Shown here: positions 1 through 12,252 of the stretch, piece after piece | Numbering within the stretch: position 1 is the stretch's first letter | Layout: every line of letters starts with the position of its first letter | NCBI GenBank assembly: GCA_030390025.1 | Contig: CM059432.1 | Location: 82,586,001 to 82,650,000 of the forward strand | From: Squalus acanthias | Lineage: Eukaryota | Reading direction: 5' to 3' | DNA length: 64,000 bases | The notes under the pieces: generated by a model | What the model saw: the letters and a program-made list of their open reading frames with translations, nothing else | Told to the model about the DNA's origin: nothing | Database searches by the model: none | Translations under genes and position numbers: made by a program

Positions 1-670
1 GCCAACAACATATTGGTCAAAGAAATTCTCCTGAACACATTTCAGCAATTCCTCCCCCTCCTTTCCCTTTACCCTAGCATTATCCCAATCGATATTGGGT
101 AATTAAAGTCCCCCAATATTACCACTCTATAGCTCTTGCATATCTCTGCGATTTCCCTGCAGATTTGCTCCTCTACCTCCCTCTCACTATATGGAGGCCT
201 ATAGAATACCCCCAATAGTGTGATCATACCCTTTTTGCTCCTCAACTCTAACCAAATGGATTCTGTCCTTGTCCCCTCAAGAATATCCTCCCTTTCCAAC
301 ATTACAATGTCTTCCTTAATCAGCACTGCCACCCCACCTCCCTTTTTTCCTTCCCTATCTTTTCTGAACACCTTGTACCCTTGAATATTAAGTGCCCAGT
401 CCTCACCATTTTTAAGCCACGTTTCCGTTATTGCCACAACATCATATTGCCACACGGCTAATTGTGCTTGTAGCTCACCAACCCTATTCACCACACTTTG
501 TGCGTTTACATACATGCATTCTAAATCCATTTTTGAATTTTTCGTAGTCTTTCTTAGTCTGCTCCTATCTAATATGGTACTACTTCCCCCTCTAGTACTA
601 CTTTCTTCTCTAGTACTATCCAACACACTCACACTTTCATGCACCTTGTTCCTCTTTTCTACTCCTATAT
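1..670 (-). mobile_element. CR1 LINE fragment (start of ORF2 with APE endonuclease), runs off the window start
   Basis: ORF 69..695(-) has CR1 APE motifs: YVNAQSV, VAITETW, GGGVAVL, GVFYRPP, ILGDFN. Confidence 0.9.
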
Positions 671-1530
671 GCTGGTGGTTGAGAATGTTACACATTCCCT
701 ACAACTAAGCTTTCAGAAGCCTGATTTTCTTTTCCAATACTGCCTCTTTTTCCTTTCCTCTCTTGAAAGTGCTGCCTCTTATGGTTCCATGAGTGCCGAC
801 AGCCCTCAGATTCCTAACTGTGCCCTCATCTAATGTCCACATACTTACAGGAGCGATCAAGAGTGGAAACTCTGATTGATTTTGTCGTCTCTAATCCAGG
901 TGTGATGATGCCAATTACAGCAAGGATTCTCAACCTTTTTGCTTCTGAGGCCCCCCCGCCACCCCCCACCCCCCACCCCGTGTTATAAAAGTTCTACGAA
1001 CTCCCTGTAACACAGCACAAGTATCTTTTTTGTATTAAAATTAGTTATACAATTAAACATATCTATTTATTATTATTTTTGTTTGACTTAATGTGAAACA
1101 TTACACATTACGTAAAAATGGAACATATTAACTTTTGCGCTATCAGCATGTAATAAGCACACCAACCAGGGATGGGCATAAATGCCAGCCTTGCCCACAT
1201 CCCAAGAATCAAAATATATATTAAAAATATCCCAGCCCTCACCTATAAGTGAGTAAAGCATAATACCCCAACCTCAAATGGGCGAATATATCATCAGATA
1301 CCCCACATGGACAAGCAAAGCATCAGATACCCCAGGTGGGTGAACAAAGGATCAGATACCCCAACCCCTTTTGAAGAAATGTTGCCTGCTCTTCCTGTAG
1401 ATGTTGACTGGCCTGCTGTTTTCCAGTATGTGTACTGTTGAAGTCATTTGCTTTTTACCTCCCTATGAAGGGGACGCTTTGGTAAGACATATTGTGAACC
1501 TGTACCACATTCATTCCCAGTTCTAGGGAG

Positions 1531-1693
1531 CAATGTTCCCATTAAGCTGCACGGCTGCACAGCGGTCTAGAGCTCCCGCGCAGCTGTCTCACCAGCTTTT
1601 AAATAGAAAAACCGCGCATGCGTGGAAATTTGAATGGGCCACGCAGCCTATTAAAGGGGCCGCACACCCAAAAAAAAATGAAAGCAAACATTG
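1531..1693. mobile_element. Short (~160 bp) hAT-like MITE, copy 1, nested in 921-2423
   Basis: Ends CAATGTTCCC...AAACATTG; flanks CTAGGGAG/CCTGGGAG (6/8); homologous to 2227-2386. Confidence 0.65.
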
Positions 1694-2226
1694 CCTGGGA
1701 GGCGCTGCACAATGAGTTGCCTGGCTCGACCTCCTGCCTCATGAGTCATTAGAGCGACCGCCTGCAGATCACTAATAGCGACCCCAGCACAGCCAGAATC
1801 TGGACAGGGGAAGGCAGAGCCTGTGGCAGAGGCCAGATGTGCGGGGGGTGGGGGCTGTGCGGGGTGAGGACCAGAATGCAACTCGTCCAGTTAACCGTCA
1901 ACATCACCTACCACCCCCAGAGGGGAATTGAGACTTACCTAGAAGTCGCAGCCTGTCTCCAGGTGAGTTGCTAGGACAATCCCCTCGCACCGCTGTCTGT
2001 CTCCAGGGGTGTCCTTCACCTCCGCGCACTGCTTTATAATGACTCGCCTTTTTCAAAGATCGTGCTGCTGCTGATAGCTTCCAGTGACCTCACTATACCG
2101 CATGTGCACTGTGGGGCTGTGCCAATTTGAGCATGGGTGCCGCCATATTTCGTTAGGGCACAAAAAAGGTATTACTTTTGCCTACACATTGGCAGACCCT
2201 TTGAAATCTTCTCGCGAAATGCTAAG

Positions 2227-2386
2227 CAATGTTCCCTTTAAGCTACATGGCCACGCAGTGCTCTAGGTGTCCCGTGCAGCCGGCGAGCCAGCTTTTAAAT
2301 TGAAAAAAAGCACGCATGCGGACATTTGAATGGGCGCAGCCCGTTAAAGGGGCAGATCGGCTCAAAAAACATTACGGGGAACATTG
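2227..2386. mobile_element. Short (~160 bp) hAT-like MITE, copy 2
   Basis: Perfect 10-bp TIR CAATGTTCCC/GGGAACATTG; interior matches 1531-1693 (CCAGCTTTTAAAT, CGCATGCG, TTAAAGGGGC); no clear TSD. Confidence 0.65.
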
Positions 2387-2715
2387 CCCCAAGAGGGCCC
2401 AGAACCTCGGTTGAGAACCCCTGAATTACAGCTTCTCTGTTGATTATCCCTCAGCACTTCCACCCCAGTTAACCAAGCACAGTCCAGGAACCTTCAAGCT
2501 GTGCATGCTTCAGTTACTTACCGGAACCATCAGACAAGCCTGTATGAGCTTTCTGTCCATGCATCATTTAATTCACAAGATGTGGGAACATGTTTCCTGA
2601 ATCCAGAAATTATCAGCTACATTTAAAACCTCCTCCACATGCTACCATGGAAACAAGATTTTTGCCTTCCCTATTGTATTCCTCTTCATCAGTAAGAATA
2701 TCACTGGTCATGTTT

Positions 2716-3032
2716 ACAACAACAACAACTTGTATCTATATAGCACCTTTAACGTAGTAAAACGTCCCAAGGTGCTTCACAGGAGTGTTATAAAACAAAA
2801 TTTGACACCAAGCCACATAAGGAGATATTAGGCAGATAACCAAAAGCTTGGTCAAAGAGGTAGTTTTTAAGGAACGTCTTAAAGGATGTAAGAGAGGCAG
2901 AGAGGTTTAGGGAGGGAATTTCAGAGTTTAGGGCCTAGGCAGCTGAAGGCACGGCCACCAATGGTTGAGCAATTAAAATTGGGGTGCTCAAGAGGCCAGA
3001 ATTAGAGGAGCGCAGAGATCTCGGAGGGTTGT
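2716..3032 (-). mobile_element. L2 LINE 3' fragment
   Basis: (CAA)n tail; reverse complement of the L2 3' end at 12672-13104 and 9300-9467. Confidence 0.8.
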
Positions 3033-3064
3033 TTAGAAAGATCAAATGATTCTTATCCAAGTTG

Positions 3065-3450
3065 TTACTTTTTTTTTTACCAATTCTCCCCTTCTCTCCT
3101 TCCTTGTCTGCTGAAGGTTGTGTCTCTTGCTGGAGTATTGATTAGCATGCTCTAGTAACCCTCACCCAGGTGGCCATTTTCTGTGTGTGAGCCTAAACAG
3201 TAAGTACTTCAAGGCAGTTTGATGGGGAGCATCAAAGTGAAGCTCAATACAATGTCCACACACAGAGCGAGGTCATTGACCAATGATCAGGACTGGGAAT
3301 CGGGCTGATTTTCTCACACGGGCACTGAGGGCAACTGTAGTATCCCTACAGCCACTTTGACTAAGGTCAGCTAACCAGCTGAGCCAGACGAAGAATCAAG
3401 CCTGGGGCTTTCTGATCAAATGGCTCAGTTATCAACTAAATAATTGAGGA
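3065..3450 (-). mobile_element. SINE-like repeat (second family)
   Basis: Reverse complement similar to 53075-53600 (AGGCTCACAC, AATGGCCAC, AAAATCAGCC, TTAGCTGA motifs). Confidence 0.5.
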
Positions 3451-4069
3451 AGCTATAAGTCAATGATGTAGCTTGACTTCAACTTGAATTTGCATGTTCA
3501 GCTAAATTTATCTCTACAATGACAGTGTGAAATTGCACATTATCACATTGGCAGCAGTAATTATGTGGATTTTCAGTGTAATTACCTCCAAAAAACCTCT
3601 GCCAACTACCAAGAGGAAAATCCAGCCAATAATCTTTAAATAATTATTGCCTTTGCATTCAGCTAATTATTAGCTTCTTAACCTTTTAGTGTTATAAATT
3701 TACATCTCTATCTGCACAATGATTGATGTTAATTTTGCTTTTGCAAAATGTTTATTCCTGTTATCTACTAGGATGAGCCAGTGTCAAGATGGCAATTCTT
3801 TTTGCAAGGAATGCAGTCAATTTCACAACCTCAAGAAATAGAGAATACTGCAAATATGCCAGATCAGTATCTCTGTGTTGTTCTTGGAGTCAGTTCTAGG
3901 CAATAAACTTGACCTTTGTTCATTCTACATTTCATCACAACATTAATCAGTAACATTCGGTCAGGAGGGTCCTTATGTTATAAAAGATTAATAATTTTCT
4001 CCCACCTCAAAGCGTTCCACCAAATATTACCTAATGAAAGTCTCTGTGTAAGATAATGAAATCGATTAT

Positions 4070-4527
4070 CAACAACAACAACTTGAATTTGTATAGCACC
4101 TTTACTGTGGTGAAACATTCCAAGGCACTTCACAGAAGCGTAATAAGACAAAAATTGACATCGAGCCAAAGAAGGAGGCATTAGGACAGGTGACCAAATG
4201 CTTGGTCAAAGAGATAGGTTTTAAGCAGAGTCTTAAAAGAGAAGGGAGAGGTGGAGAGGTTTAGGGAGGGAATTCCAGAGTTTAGGGCCTAGATGGATGA
4301 AGGCACGGCCACCAATGGTGGGGCAAAGAAAGTTAGGGATGCAAAAGAGGCCAGAGTTGAAGAACGTAAAGTTCTCAATGGGTTGTAGGGCTAGAGGAGG
4401 TTACAGAGGTAGGGTGAGGCTAGGCTATGGAGGTATTTGAACACAAGGATGAGAGTTTTAAAATCAAGGCATTGGTGGACCAGGAGTCAATGTCGGTCAG
4501 TGAGCACAGGGGTGTTGGCTGAACAGG
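4070..4527 (-). mobile_element. L2 LINE 3' fragment
   Basis: (CAA)n tail and 3' region shared with 2716-3032. Confidence 0.8.
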
Positions 4528-4576
4528 AGTAAATTTGCTGTATAACAGCCTACTGAACAGCAGCTAATATGGCTTC

Positions 4577-5015
4577 AGAAAGAAAGAACATGCATTTATA
4601 TAGTGCTTTTCACAACCACAGGGCATCCTAAATGGCAGCCAATGAAGTGTAGTCACTTTTGTAATGTAGGAAACACTGAAGCCAGTTTGCACACAAGGTC
4701 CCACAATCAGCAATGAAATACCTAGCCAGATCATCTGGTTTTTAGTGATTTTGGTTGAGGAATAAATATTGGCCAGCGCACAGGAGAACTCTCTTGCTTT
4801 TCTTCGTGTCATGGAATCTTTTATATTCTTCCAAGCGGGCAGATGGGGCCTTGGTTTAACAACTCAACCAAAAGACGGCACCTCCAAGAGTTCAGCACTT
4901 TCTCAGTACTGCACTGATGTGTCAGCCTAGATTATGTGCTCACATCCCTGGAGCAGGGTTTCAATCCACACCTATTGGCTCAGAGGCAAAAGTGCTACTA
5001 TCTGGTGAGAGGCTG
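4577..5015 (-). mobile_element. DeuSINE-like (SacSINE1-like) tRNA-headed SINE, near full length
   Basis: Reverse complement of the family at 49137-49843 and 62003-62433; (TTTC)n tail. Confidence 0.75.
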
Positions 5016-5277
5016 ACAGGCTGAGCCAAGGGAAAGGTCCTGCCTGATCTGCCTCAACTTCTTTGAGGAAGTAAGAATCCACGACAGTGATAAGTCCTAC
5101 AACATGGTGTACCTTGACTTCCAAAAGGTACTTGATAGTCTAGTTAAACCTGAGACAATGGATGGAAAGGGAGATAGAATCGGTGGCAAAGGTATGCCGC
5201 TTGTGGTGGAGACAGTACCTTTGGTGTTACCAGTGTTTAGTTAGAGGAGACAATAGCTTTGGTCTTACCAGTGTTTA

Positions 5278-5500
5278 GAAAAGAAAGACTTGCATTTATA
5301 TAGCGCCTTTCACGACCACTGGACGTCTCAAAGCGCTTTACAGACAATGAAGTACTTTTTTGGAGTGTAGTCACTGTTGTAATGTGGGAAACGTGGTAGC
5401 CAATTTGCGCACAGCAAGGTCCCACAAACAGCAATGTGATAATGATCAGATCATCTGTTTTTGTTATGTTGGTTGAGGGATAAATATTGGCCAGGGCAAT
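5278..5500 (-). mobile_element. DeuSINE-like SINE, 3' half
   Basis: Same core and tail as 51843-52290. Confidence 0.75.
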
Positions 5501-5719
5501 ATTTGGAGCTGATCGCAGTTCATCTAAGACTGTCTTGGATCACTTCCCTGTGATGCCTGAAAATCCAAATTAAGTTTGTCTTCTGTTTGGTCTCAGCAGA
5601 ATGATTAGTAACTGTCGTTTAATTACTGCAGTGCAGCTTGACCAGAGTTCTACTTATACAGCATATCAGGAAATGAACTGATAACTAAGTATGGCAGTTT
5701 AGCTTTTGCATTTAGTTTC

Positions 5720-6146
5720 AAGTAATGAATAGACTGGAGAAGCTACGGTTGTTCTCCTTGGAGCAGAGAAGGCCAAGAGGAGATTTGATAGAGGTGTTTA
5801 AAATCATGAAGGGTTTAGATAGAGTAAATAAAGAGAAAATGTTTCCAATGGCTGAAGGGTCGATAACGAGAGAGCACTGATTTAAGGTGACTGGCAAAAG
5901 AACCAGAGGCGACCGGAGGAAAAACTTTTTTACACGAGTGGTTAGGATTTGGAATGCACCACCTGATAAGGTGGTGGATACAGATACAATAGTAGCCTTC
6001 AAAAGGGAATTGGATAAATACTTGGAGAAAAAATTGCAGGGATATGGGGAAGGAGTTGGACTAACTGAATTGCTCTTCGAAAGAGCCAGTGCAGACTCGA
6101 TGGGCCAAATGGCCTCCTTCTGTGCTGTACTATTCCATGATTCTAT
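5720..6146 (+). mobile_element. CR1 LINE 3' fragment, inside an older CR1 RT remnant (~5040-5240 and ~6150-6350)
   Basis: ORF 5887..6171 RKNFFTRVVRIWN..AFKRELDKYL; tail TTCCATGA TTCTATGA; flanks show YLDFQK and GVPQGSVLGP remnants. Confidence 0.85.
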
Positions 6147-6593
6147 GAAGTTACACACAAAAGGTTATTAACTAAGCTCAAAGCTGTGGAGATTCAGAGC
6201 AAAGCTGTGGGAAAGGATAAGAAACTGCCTGAAGGTAGAAAACAATGAGTACTTGTAAGAAGAGATATGTAAGGCGGGGGACGCAAAGTGCTGAGTGGTG
6301 TGCCCCAGGGCTCAGTATTGGGACCACTGCTCCTTCTAATTTTTATCTGGATTAGATTCAGAAACTCAATGGGGTTGATTTTAACTGCCTTCGCCTGGCA
6401 TTAACAGGGCTGTAACAGCCTCAAGATGGAGTCAGTAGCCTTACCGCCAGGTGTCCAAAGCGCCTACCTGTTCAGGCAATAGGCCCTTTTTAATATGCAA
6501 ATCGTGGTTGCATGATGTAAGTAGGACCTCGATTGCCATTTTAGGTCAGAACTGGTCAAAGCCTGCAGAGTCAGAGTAGGGTCATCTCATCAG

Positions 6594-6930
6594 CTATCCG
6601 ACCAGGGGGTATGCCTTGTTACCCAATAGCCACCTGTTTATATGGTTTTCTTCCCTCAAGAGATGAGGGAGCACCGAATGTTGGAGGATGAAGGCATAAT
6701 GGCAGCTTCCTGCATACTGGGGATTGACATGAAGGACTTTCTGAACGGCCTCAGAAACTATGTACACATTCATAGAGTGGAATCCCTTCCTGTTCACATA
6801 AGTGAGAGGGTGCTGTGAGTGCCTTCACTGTAACATGGGTGCCATCAATGGCACTCTACCTTTGCGAAGCCTGATATCCCATATAACTGTGAGGCCTTTT
6901 CTCTATTGTCTGCTGTGATGCCAAAGCTAA
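6594..6930 (-). pseudogene. Harbinger (HARBI1-like DDE) transposase remnant
   Basis: NRKGFHSMNV..YAGSCHYAFIL..WLLGNKAYPL aligns with NRKDYHSLNV..YPGSSHDAFIL..WLVRDKGYPL at 22177-23019. Confidence 0.85.
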
Positions 6931-6987
6931 TGAAGTGGGGTGTTCTGCAGTACAGGGTGTCAGTGGCCTGGCTATTAGTGCTCCCTA

Positions 6988-7551
6988 GTGCCCTTACTGC
7001 TCCCCGGTGCCCTTACTGCTCCCCGGTGCCCTTACTGCTCCCCGGTGCCCTTACTGCTCCCCGGTGCCCTTACTGCTCCCCGGTGCCCTTACTGCTCCCC
7101 GGTGCCCTTACTGCTCCCCGGTGCCCTTACTGCTCCCCGGTGCCCTTACTGCTCCCCGGTGCCCTTACTGCTCCCCGGTGCCCTTACTGCTCCCCGGTGC
7201 CCTTACTGCTCCCCGGTGCCCTTACTGCTCCCCGGTGCCCTTACTGCTCCCCGGTGCCCTTACTGCTCCCCGGTGCCCTTACTGCTCCCCGGTGCCCTTA
7301 CTGCTCCCGGTGCCCTTACTGCTCCCCGGTGCCCTTACTGCTCCCCGGTGCCCTTACTGCTCCCGGTGCCCTTACTGCTCCCCGGTGCCCTTACTGCTCC
7401 CCGGTGCCCTTACTGCTCCCCGGTGCCCTTACTGCTCCCCGGTGCCTTTACTGCTCCCCGGTGCCCTTACTGCTCCCCGGTGCCCTTACTGCTCCCTGGT
7501 GCCCATACTGCTCCCGGTGCCCTTACTGCTCCCTGGTGGCCATACTGCTCC
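6988..7551. repeat. 19-bp minisatellite (GGTGCCCTTACTGCTCCCC), about 29-30 copies
   Basis: Directly visible tandem units; a few 18-bp variants; degenerate at the right end. Confidence 0.97.
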
Positions 7552-8734
7552 TTGGGAAAGCTGTACCTGCTTCAGAGTCCATCTGATTGGGGCAGGGGTG
7601 TCTGAAAATCTTCGAGACAGTAGCACGCAGTCAAAATGCAGGTCTCAGTAAGTGCAAAGCAAAGAAAAAGGGATGAACATATTTTTCCAGAAGCTAGCAA
7701 TCAGAAAGCAAAGTGCAGGGACTCTTCAAAGTTCTCAAACTCCTCACTTCCCCCTGAATCAGGTGACGAGGATGCCGCTGTGCAGTTTTATCTGGGTGTG
7801 GGTTACCCAGAGTGCAAAAGGGGCACAGCTGGTATGCAAACGAGCCTGCGGGAGTTCGTTGGGTGGATCGCAGGAAGCGCAAAACAGATTGAGGAAACTT
7901 GAGAGAAGCGATTTAAAAATCGCACGAGTGACAGAAATCGCCTCCACCCTGAGTTTCCTTGTTGGAAAGCTATCCTTCGCCGTTCCAGCACCATATAACG
8001 GAAACAGTGAAGAAATTCACCCCAAGCTTTTCAGCCTGGAAAGCGGGCATGCAAGATATGATCATAGAGGTGTACAAGATAGTTTTAGGGTATGGAATAC
8101 TACTTGGATGGATGGTGGTTTGAATGGCCGTCCTCATCAATAATTATCTTGGGATCTGATTTTACAACTCCACCCACTGGTACTGATACTGTTACTGACC
8201 ATATATTGGAACAGCATTGAGTAATGCAATTACCAACATCTATTCGAATGAAACATACTGGCATTTTATTTTCACACAATAGTGACCACTATCTGTCGCA
8301 ATCCCAATTGTCCTTCTGTACACTACTGTGCTGCTGTCCTCTGGTGGAGACAGTGTGCATGTCCCATAAATTTAATAGGCATAGAATTTCAAGGGTCAAA
8401 TAACTTTTGTGTTTGAAGTTATTTACTGGGCGGGGAAACAACTGACTTAATTTTTTTTTAAATTTAATTATCCTGTTACAAAGGCATATTGAGTAAAATT
8501 AACTGGAATGCTTTAGCAGTTTGTTTCTGGTTGGCACACTCTTGTCAAATTTGCTCTGTATTTAAACAAACATTGGTCCCTCATAATTAATAGGAACCAA
8601 TGTTCTATAATCAGTCATATTTTGCCAACATTTAAAGAAGTAATATGCCATAATGTAAAATTGTTTAATAAAATAAAATTACATTTTGCTCTTCCTAGTT
8701 ATGAGGGTATTGTTTTGGCCTCTGCACCGAACGA

Positions 8735-9467
8735 CTTCTCATCCTCGGAGATTTCAACCTCCATCTCAATTCATCATGCTCTCTCTCCTGAGTTCACTAG
8801 CCTCCTATCCTCCCTTAATCTCTCCCTCCATGTAAAGTCCCCAACCCATATTCATGGCCACCCCCTCGACCTTGCCATCTCTCGTGGCCTCGCTACTTCC
8901 ATCGTGTCAATCGCAGGTAAGGAATCTCTGACCACTTCCTCGTATCGCTCTCCACCCACATCCCCCTTCCACCACCCCCCGCCCCTACTTCCTTCCGTGT
9001 CTGCCCCTGGAAAAAACTCTCCCAACTCTCTTACAACTGCACTTATGAAATCCCAACTGTCTAGCCTTTGGCCCTCCATTCACCATGACATTTCTGCAGC
9101 TACCGATCTGCTCAACCACACCCTTACCACCTTTAATGCCCTAGTCCCTATTAAAACAATTACTCTCTCTCACCCTGGCCGCTCCCCCTGGTACAGCCCT
9201 CATCTCCACTCCCTTAAGTCCAAGGGATGCAGACTTGAACAGATATGGCGGACAACTGGTTTAGCCATTCACCGCCAGATCTGGCTGGACCACAAAGCAT
9301 TTTAAGACGCTCCTTAAAACCTACCTCTTTGACTAAGCTTTTGGTCACCTGCCCTAATTGCTCCTTATGTGGCTCAGTGTCAAAATTTTTGTCTCATAAT
9401 ACTCCTGTGAAGCGCCTTGGGACGTTTTACTATGTTAAAGGCGTTATATAAATACAAGTTGTTGTTG
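8735..9467 (+). mobile_element. L2 LINE, internally deleted (endonuclease/linker region fused to the 3' tail)
   Basis: ORF 8622..9305 SPTHIHGHPLDL..SPWYSPHLHSLKSKGCRLE joins the 3' end at ~9300; tail GTTGTTGTTG. Confidence 0.8.
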
Positions 9468-9776
9468 AAAGTTATTTTAAGTTTTTTATATTGAGCAGTT
9501 GAGGAACTGCACCCTTATGCCGGCCTGTACGACTCACTCACCTGCCATGTCCCAGTCCAGTACAGTGACAGACGAGATAGTGAGCCAATGACATTTCTTC
9601 CTGTGCCACAAACAGAAACTGTGGTGGAAGCAGAATCCGTAATAAATATTAGAAAACAAATTGTTTTATGGGTATGGGGAAAGGGAAGGGAATGGGGCTA
9701 ACTGGATAACTCTATCAGGTGTGATAGGCCAAATGGATGCCTTGCTGTAAAATGTTACGATTCTACGATCCTAAAT

Positions 9777-10590
9777 CAGTGTTGTCCAATACATTACCCA
9801 CTAGACACGTGGATAATTGGAAATCCAGATGTGACTAATTGCATTTTTGATTAGTAAATAAAAAATGAGTAATAGACACCGTCGTTGGGCCTGTGGTCTC
9901 ACTACTCACATTTGCACAGCGCATGCATGTGTAGTTTATCCTTTCTGTGCATTTGGTGGTAAACGATAAGATGAAAAGCACAGTGTTTTGATCATTGTGT
10001 GTGCTTTACTTCCTTGTTTACTACTTGTTGGTTGTCGGCTAAGGTGGTGTGTAACACAGGTGAAAACACTTTACTGCAGCATCATGTGAACACCCGCAAC
10101 ATTGTATGGAGAGGGGAGCTCTAATCATGGTCAGCTCCACCAGTTGGAATAACTGCTCCAGGCCAGCTGAAGAAAGCAAGTCCAACCAATAATGAGCAGC
10201 TCCAACAGAGCACGTCATGGCAAACAGCAAGCAACATCCAACCGCGCTCCGGATGGAGAGCCGGGGCTGGTCTGGCATGTCTTGTGCAAGTCAACATTCT
10301 CAGTAATCACTCTGATGAAGTCAAAGTACTGCTCACAACTGCTGGACAAAGTCCCAGAAGCTGCACGAAGATGTGCTGTGTCTGATAAATTCATACCAGA
10401 ATTCCAAACTTTGGTGAAACAGAAATACTGCAAATTTACACACTGAATGGTGGCAGACGTTTGTTATGTAAATATACACGTGTAGTACATTTACCTGCAT
10501 TGCGCGTAAGGCATTTTCTAATAAAATTAGTGCTTGTGGCTAAAATGGTGTAGCTTGTGGCTAGTCAGCAATTTCTATTGGCCAACACTG
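9777..10590 (+). mobile_element. Non-autonomous hAT transposon with a C-terminal transposase remnant
   Basis: TIRs CAGTGTTGTCCAATA / TATTGGCCAACACTG; perfect 8-bp TSD TCCTAAAT (9769-9776, 10591-10598); LCKSTFS..MKSKYCSQL..RCAVS resembles the hAT dimerisation domain. Confidence 0.9.
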
Positions 10591-10619
10591 TCCTAAATGC
10601 TTCCTGAGGGCAAAGAGTT

Positions 10620-10960
10620 ATTAACGTAATCGAATTAATGCTTTTTAATATTATGAACGGAAATGACAAAATTGATGCAGACAAATTGTTCACTATGGTG
10701 AAGGGTTCAAATGCTAAGGAGCACAAGTAAAAAATATAGGAAGTTAGGAGTAAGAAAAGAAGTCATAAAGAAGTTTTACAGCCATAGGAATGTTGAGGAA
10801 TGACTCACCTGGATGGGTCATTGAAGCAGAAAGTATAAATGGGTTTAAGAGGCAATGGGATGTGTTTCTGGAGAGGGGAGTGATTGGGGGATATGCTGAG
10901 GAGGTGAGTAATTTTGGTTGGATTAATGGCCTTTTTCTGTATCTAAAGGTTTTGGTGTTC
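10620..10960 (+). mobile_element. Old CR1 3' remnant
   Basis: VIEAESINGFKRQWDVFL resembles the CR1 ORF2 C-terminus. Confidence 0.6.
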
Positions 10961-10999
10961 TTATTAAGACAAGCTGCTTTAAAATTCTTAGAACCCTTA

Positions 11000-12221
11000 A
11001 CCTCATCAAGCATTCATTCACATAAATTGGAAGTTGTTTAAATGAACATAAATAGTTCAATAATTAGATCTTCTAGCTTATATCTACTGAACACCAGCAG
11101 CACCAGGCACACCAGCAGCACCAACAACAACACCAACCTTCTCCGCAATCAAGTGATGCCCACAGGACATCAGCACCTGACCACATTGCTGCCCGGGACG
11201 CCAGGAGTGGCCTCACCATGGCCAGATTTACTTCACTTGACGCTGTACACCCTGGCTGCCACATGATGCGCCAGGTTGGCACCACCCCACACCAACACCA
11301 TAAAGCATCCCTACAATGCCCAATCCATTCCTTTCACACTCATCACCATTCACTGCAACTCACTAAGCCACTTCCAAAGGTGCCCACAAATCTGTCCAAG
11401 AACGCAAAGTGTTGAAAATAAAGGTTTCAATGTTTGACACTACATTAACAGAAACTTTACATGAACATTGCATAAAACACCCCCAAGTGCTTACCCTTGT
11501 GTCTTGTTAGTTGGTATGATTGCATTAGGATGAGGGTGGCTAGTGAGATGAGGAAGTGATAATGTAGATAGAGAGGGATGGGTGGAGGTGCAAGATAAGT
11601 TGGTGTGAGTAAGGATGTGCAGGAGTAGGGTAGGGAAGGCAGAGTGATGGGGATGTGATGAGTAGCACAGCAGGATAAGGTTCAGTGTGGCTTTGTACTA
11701 ACGTTTCATGATCTACTGAGATCATTGAAAGGTTTGCGCCACTGCACCCAGGTCCTCCTGATGACATTCCTGCTTATGTCCTCCTGTGCAATGTGTAACC
11801 AGGCTGCGTTGGTCTCCTGGGGTGGTCTCTTCCGCCCATGGGAAGGGAAGAGGACCTCCCTGTGTGCTGTGACTCACTCCAAAAGCATATGGAGGGAGTC
11901 ATGGGAGAGCCTGGGTGCAGCCGCGCACCTCTGTGCAGTGCTTGTCAGTGTCTGCAGCACCTCAATGCTGTAGAACACTGACAGCAGATCTGTCAAAATC
12001 AATTTGCGCATGGTCCCTTTAAGGAAACCGACTGATGACGCATCATCAAATGACGTCATCAGACCCTCTTCTTTCAATTGGCTGGTAAACGCGCTGGGCG
12101 GGCTTAACAAGCCCAATCAGGGAAAATCATTTTGGACAGCGGGCTTGAGCCGGCAGCGAGGCCGGGACCCGCCACTGTCATCGCCTGCCACGGACCCGCC
12201 GAGGTAGGGGAAATCGCAGCC
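11000..12221 (-). mobile_element. Harbinger derivative retaining a Myb/SANT exon remnant; left end unclear
   Basis: Homologous to ~58570-59790; AAPRLSHDSLHMLLE..WLHIAQ..KPFNDL; right end AAATCGCAGCC followed by TAA. Confidence 0.75.
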
Positions 12222-12252
12222 TAAGTGTCATCATAATGCACTTTGATTTATA

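Larger units (their letters stand above)
921..2423. mobile_element. Non-autonomous hAT DNA transposon
   Basis: TIRs CAAGGATTCTCAACC / GGTTGAGAACCCCTG; perfect 8-bp TSD AATTACAG (913-920, 2424-2431). Confidence 0.9.
715..2540 (-). mobile_element. Old SINE-like repeat (family also at 3065-3450 and 53075-53600), split by the hAT element at 921-2423
   Basis: Flanks on both sides of the AATTACAG TSD resemble the reverse complement of 53075-53300; highly diverged. Confidence 0.35.
6371..8023 (-). mobile_element. Internally deleted Harbinger derivative
   Basis: Ends GGGGTTGATTT / AAATTCACCCC (imperfect TIR); contains a transposase remnant; flanks AAT/AAG. Confidence 0.6.

Noticed and set aside
6906..7651. 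Three long Cys/Pro-rich ORFs with repeated CPYC motifs
   Set aside because: They are translations of a stop-free 19-bp minisatellite in all three frames, not a protein.
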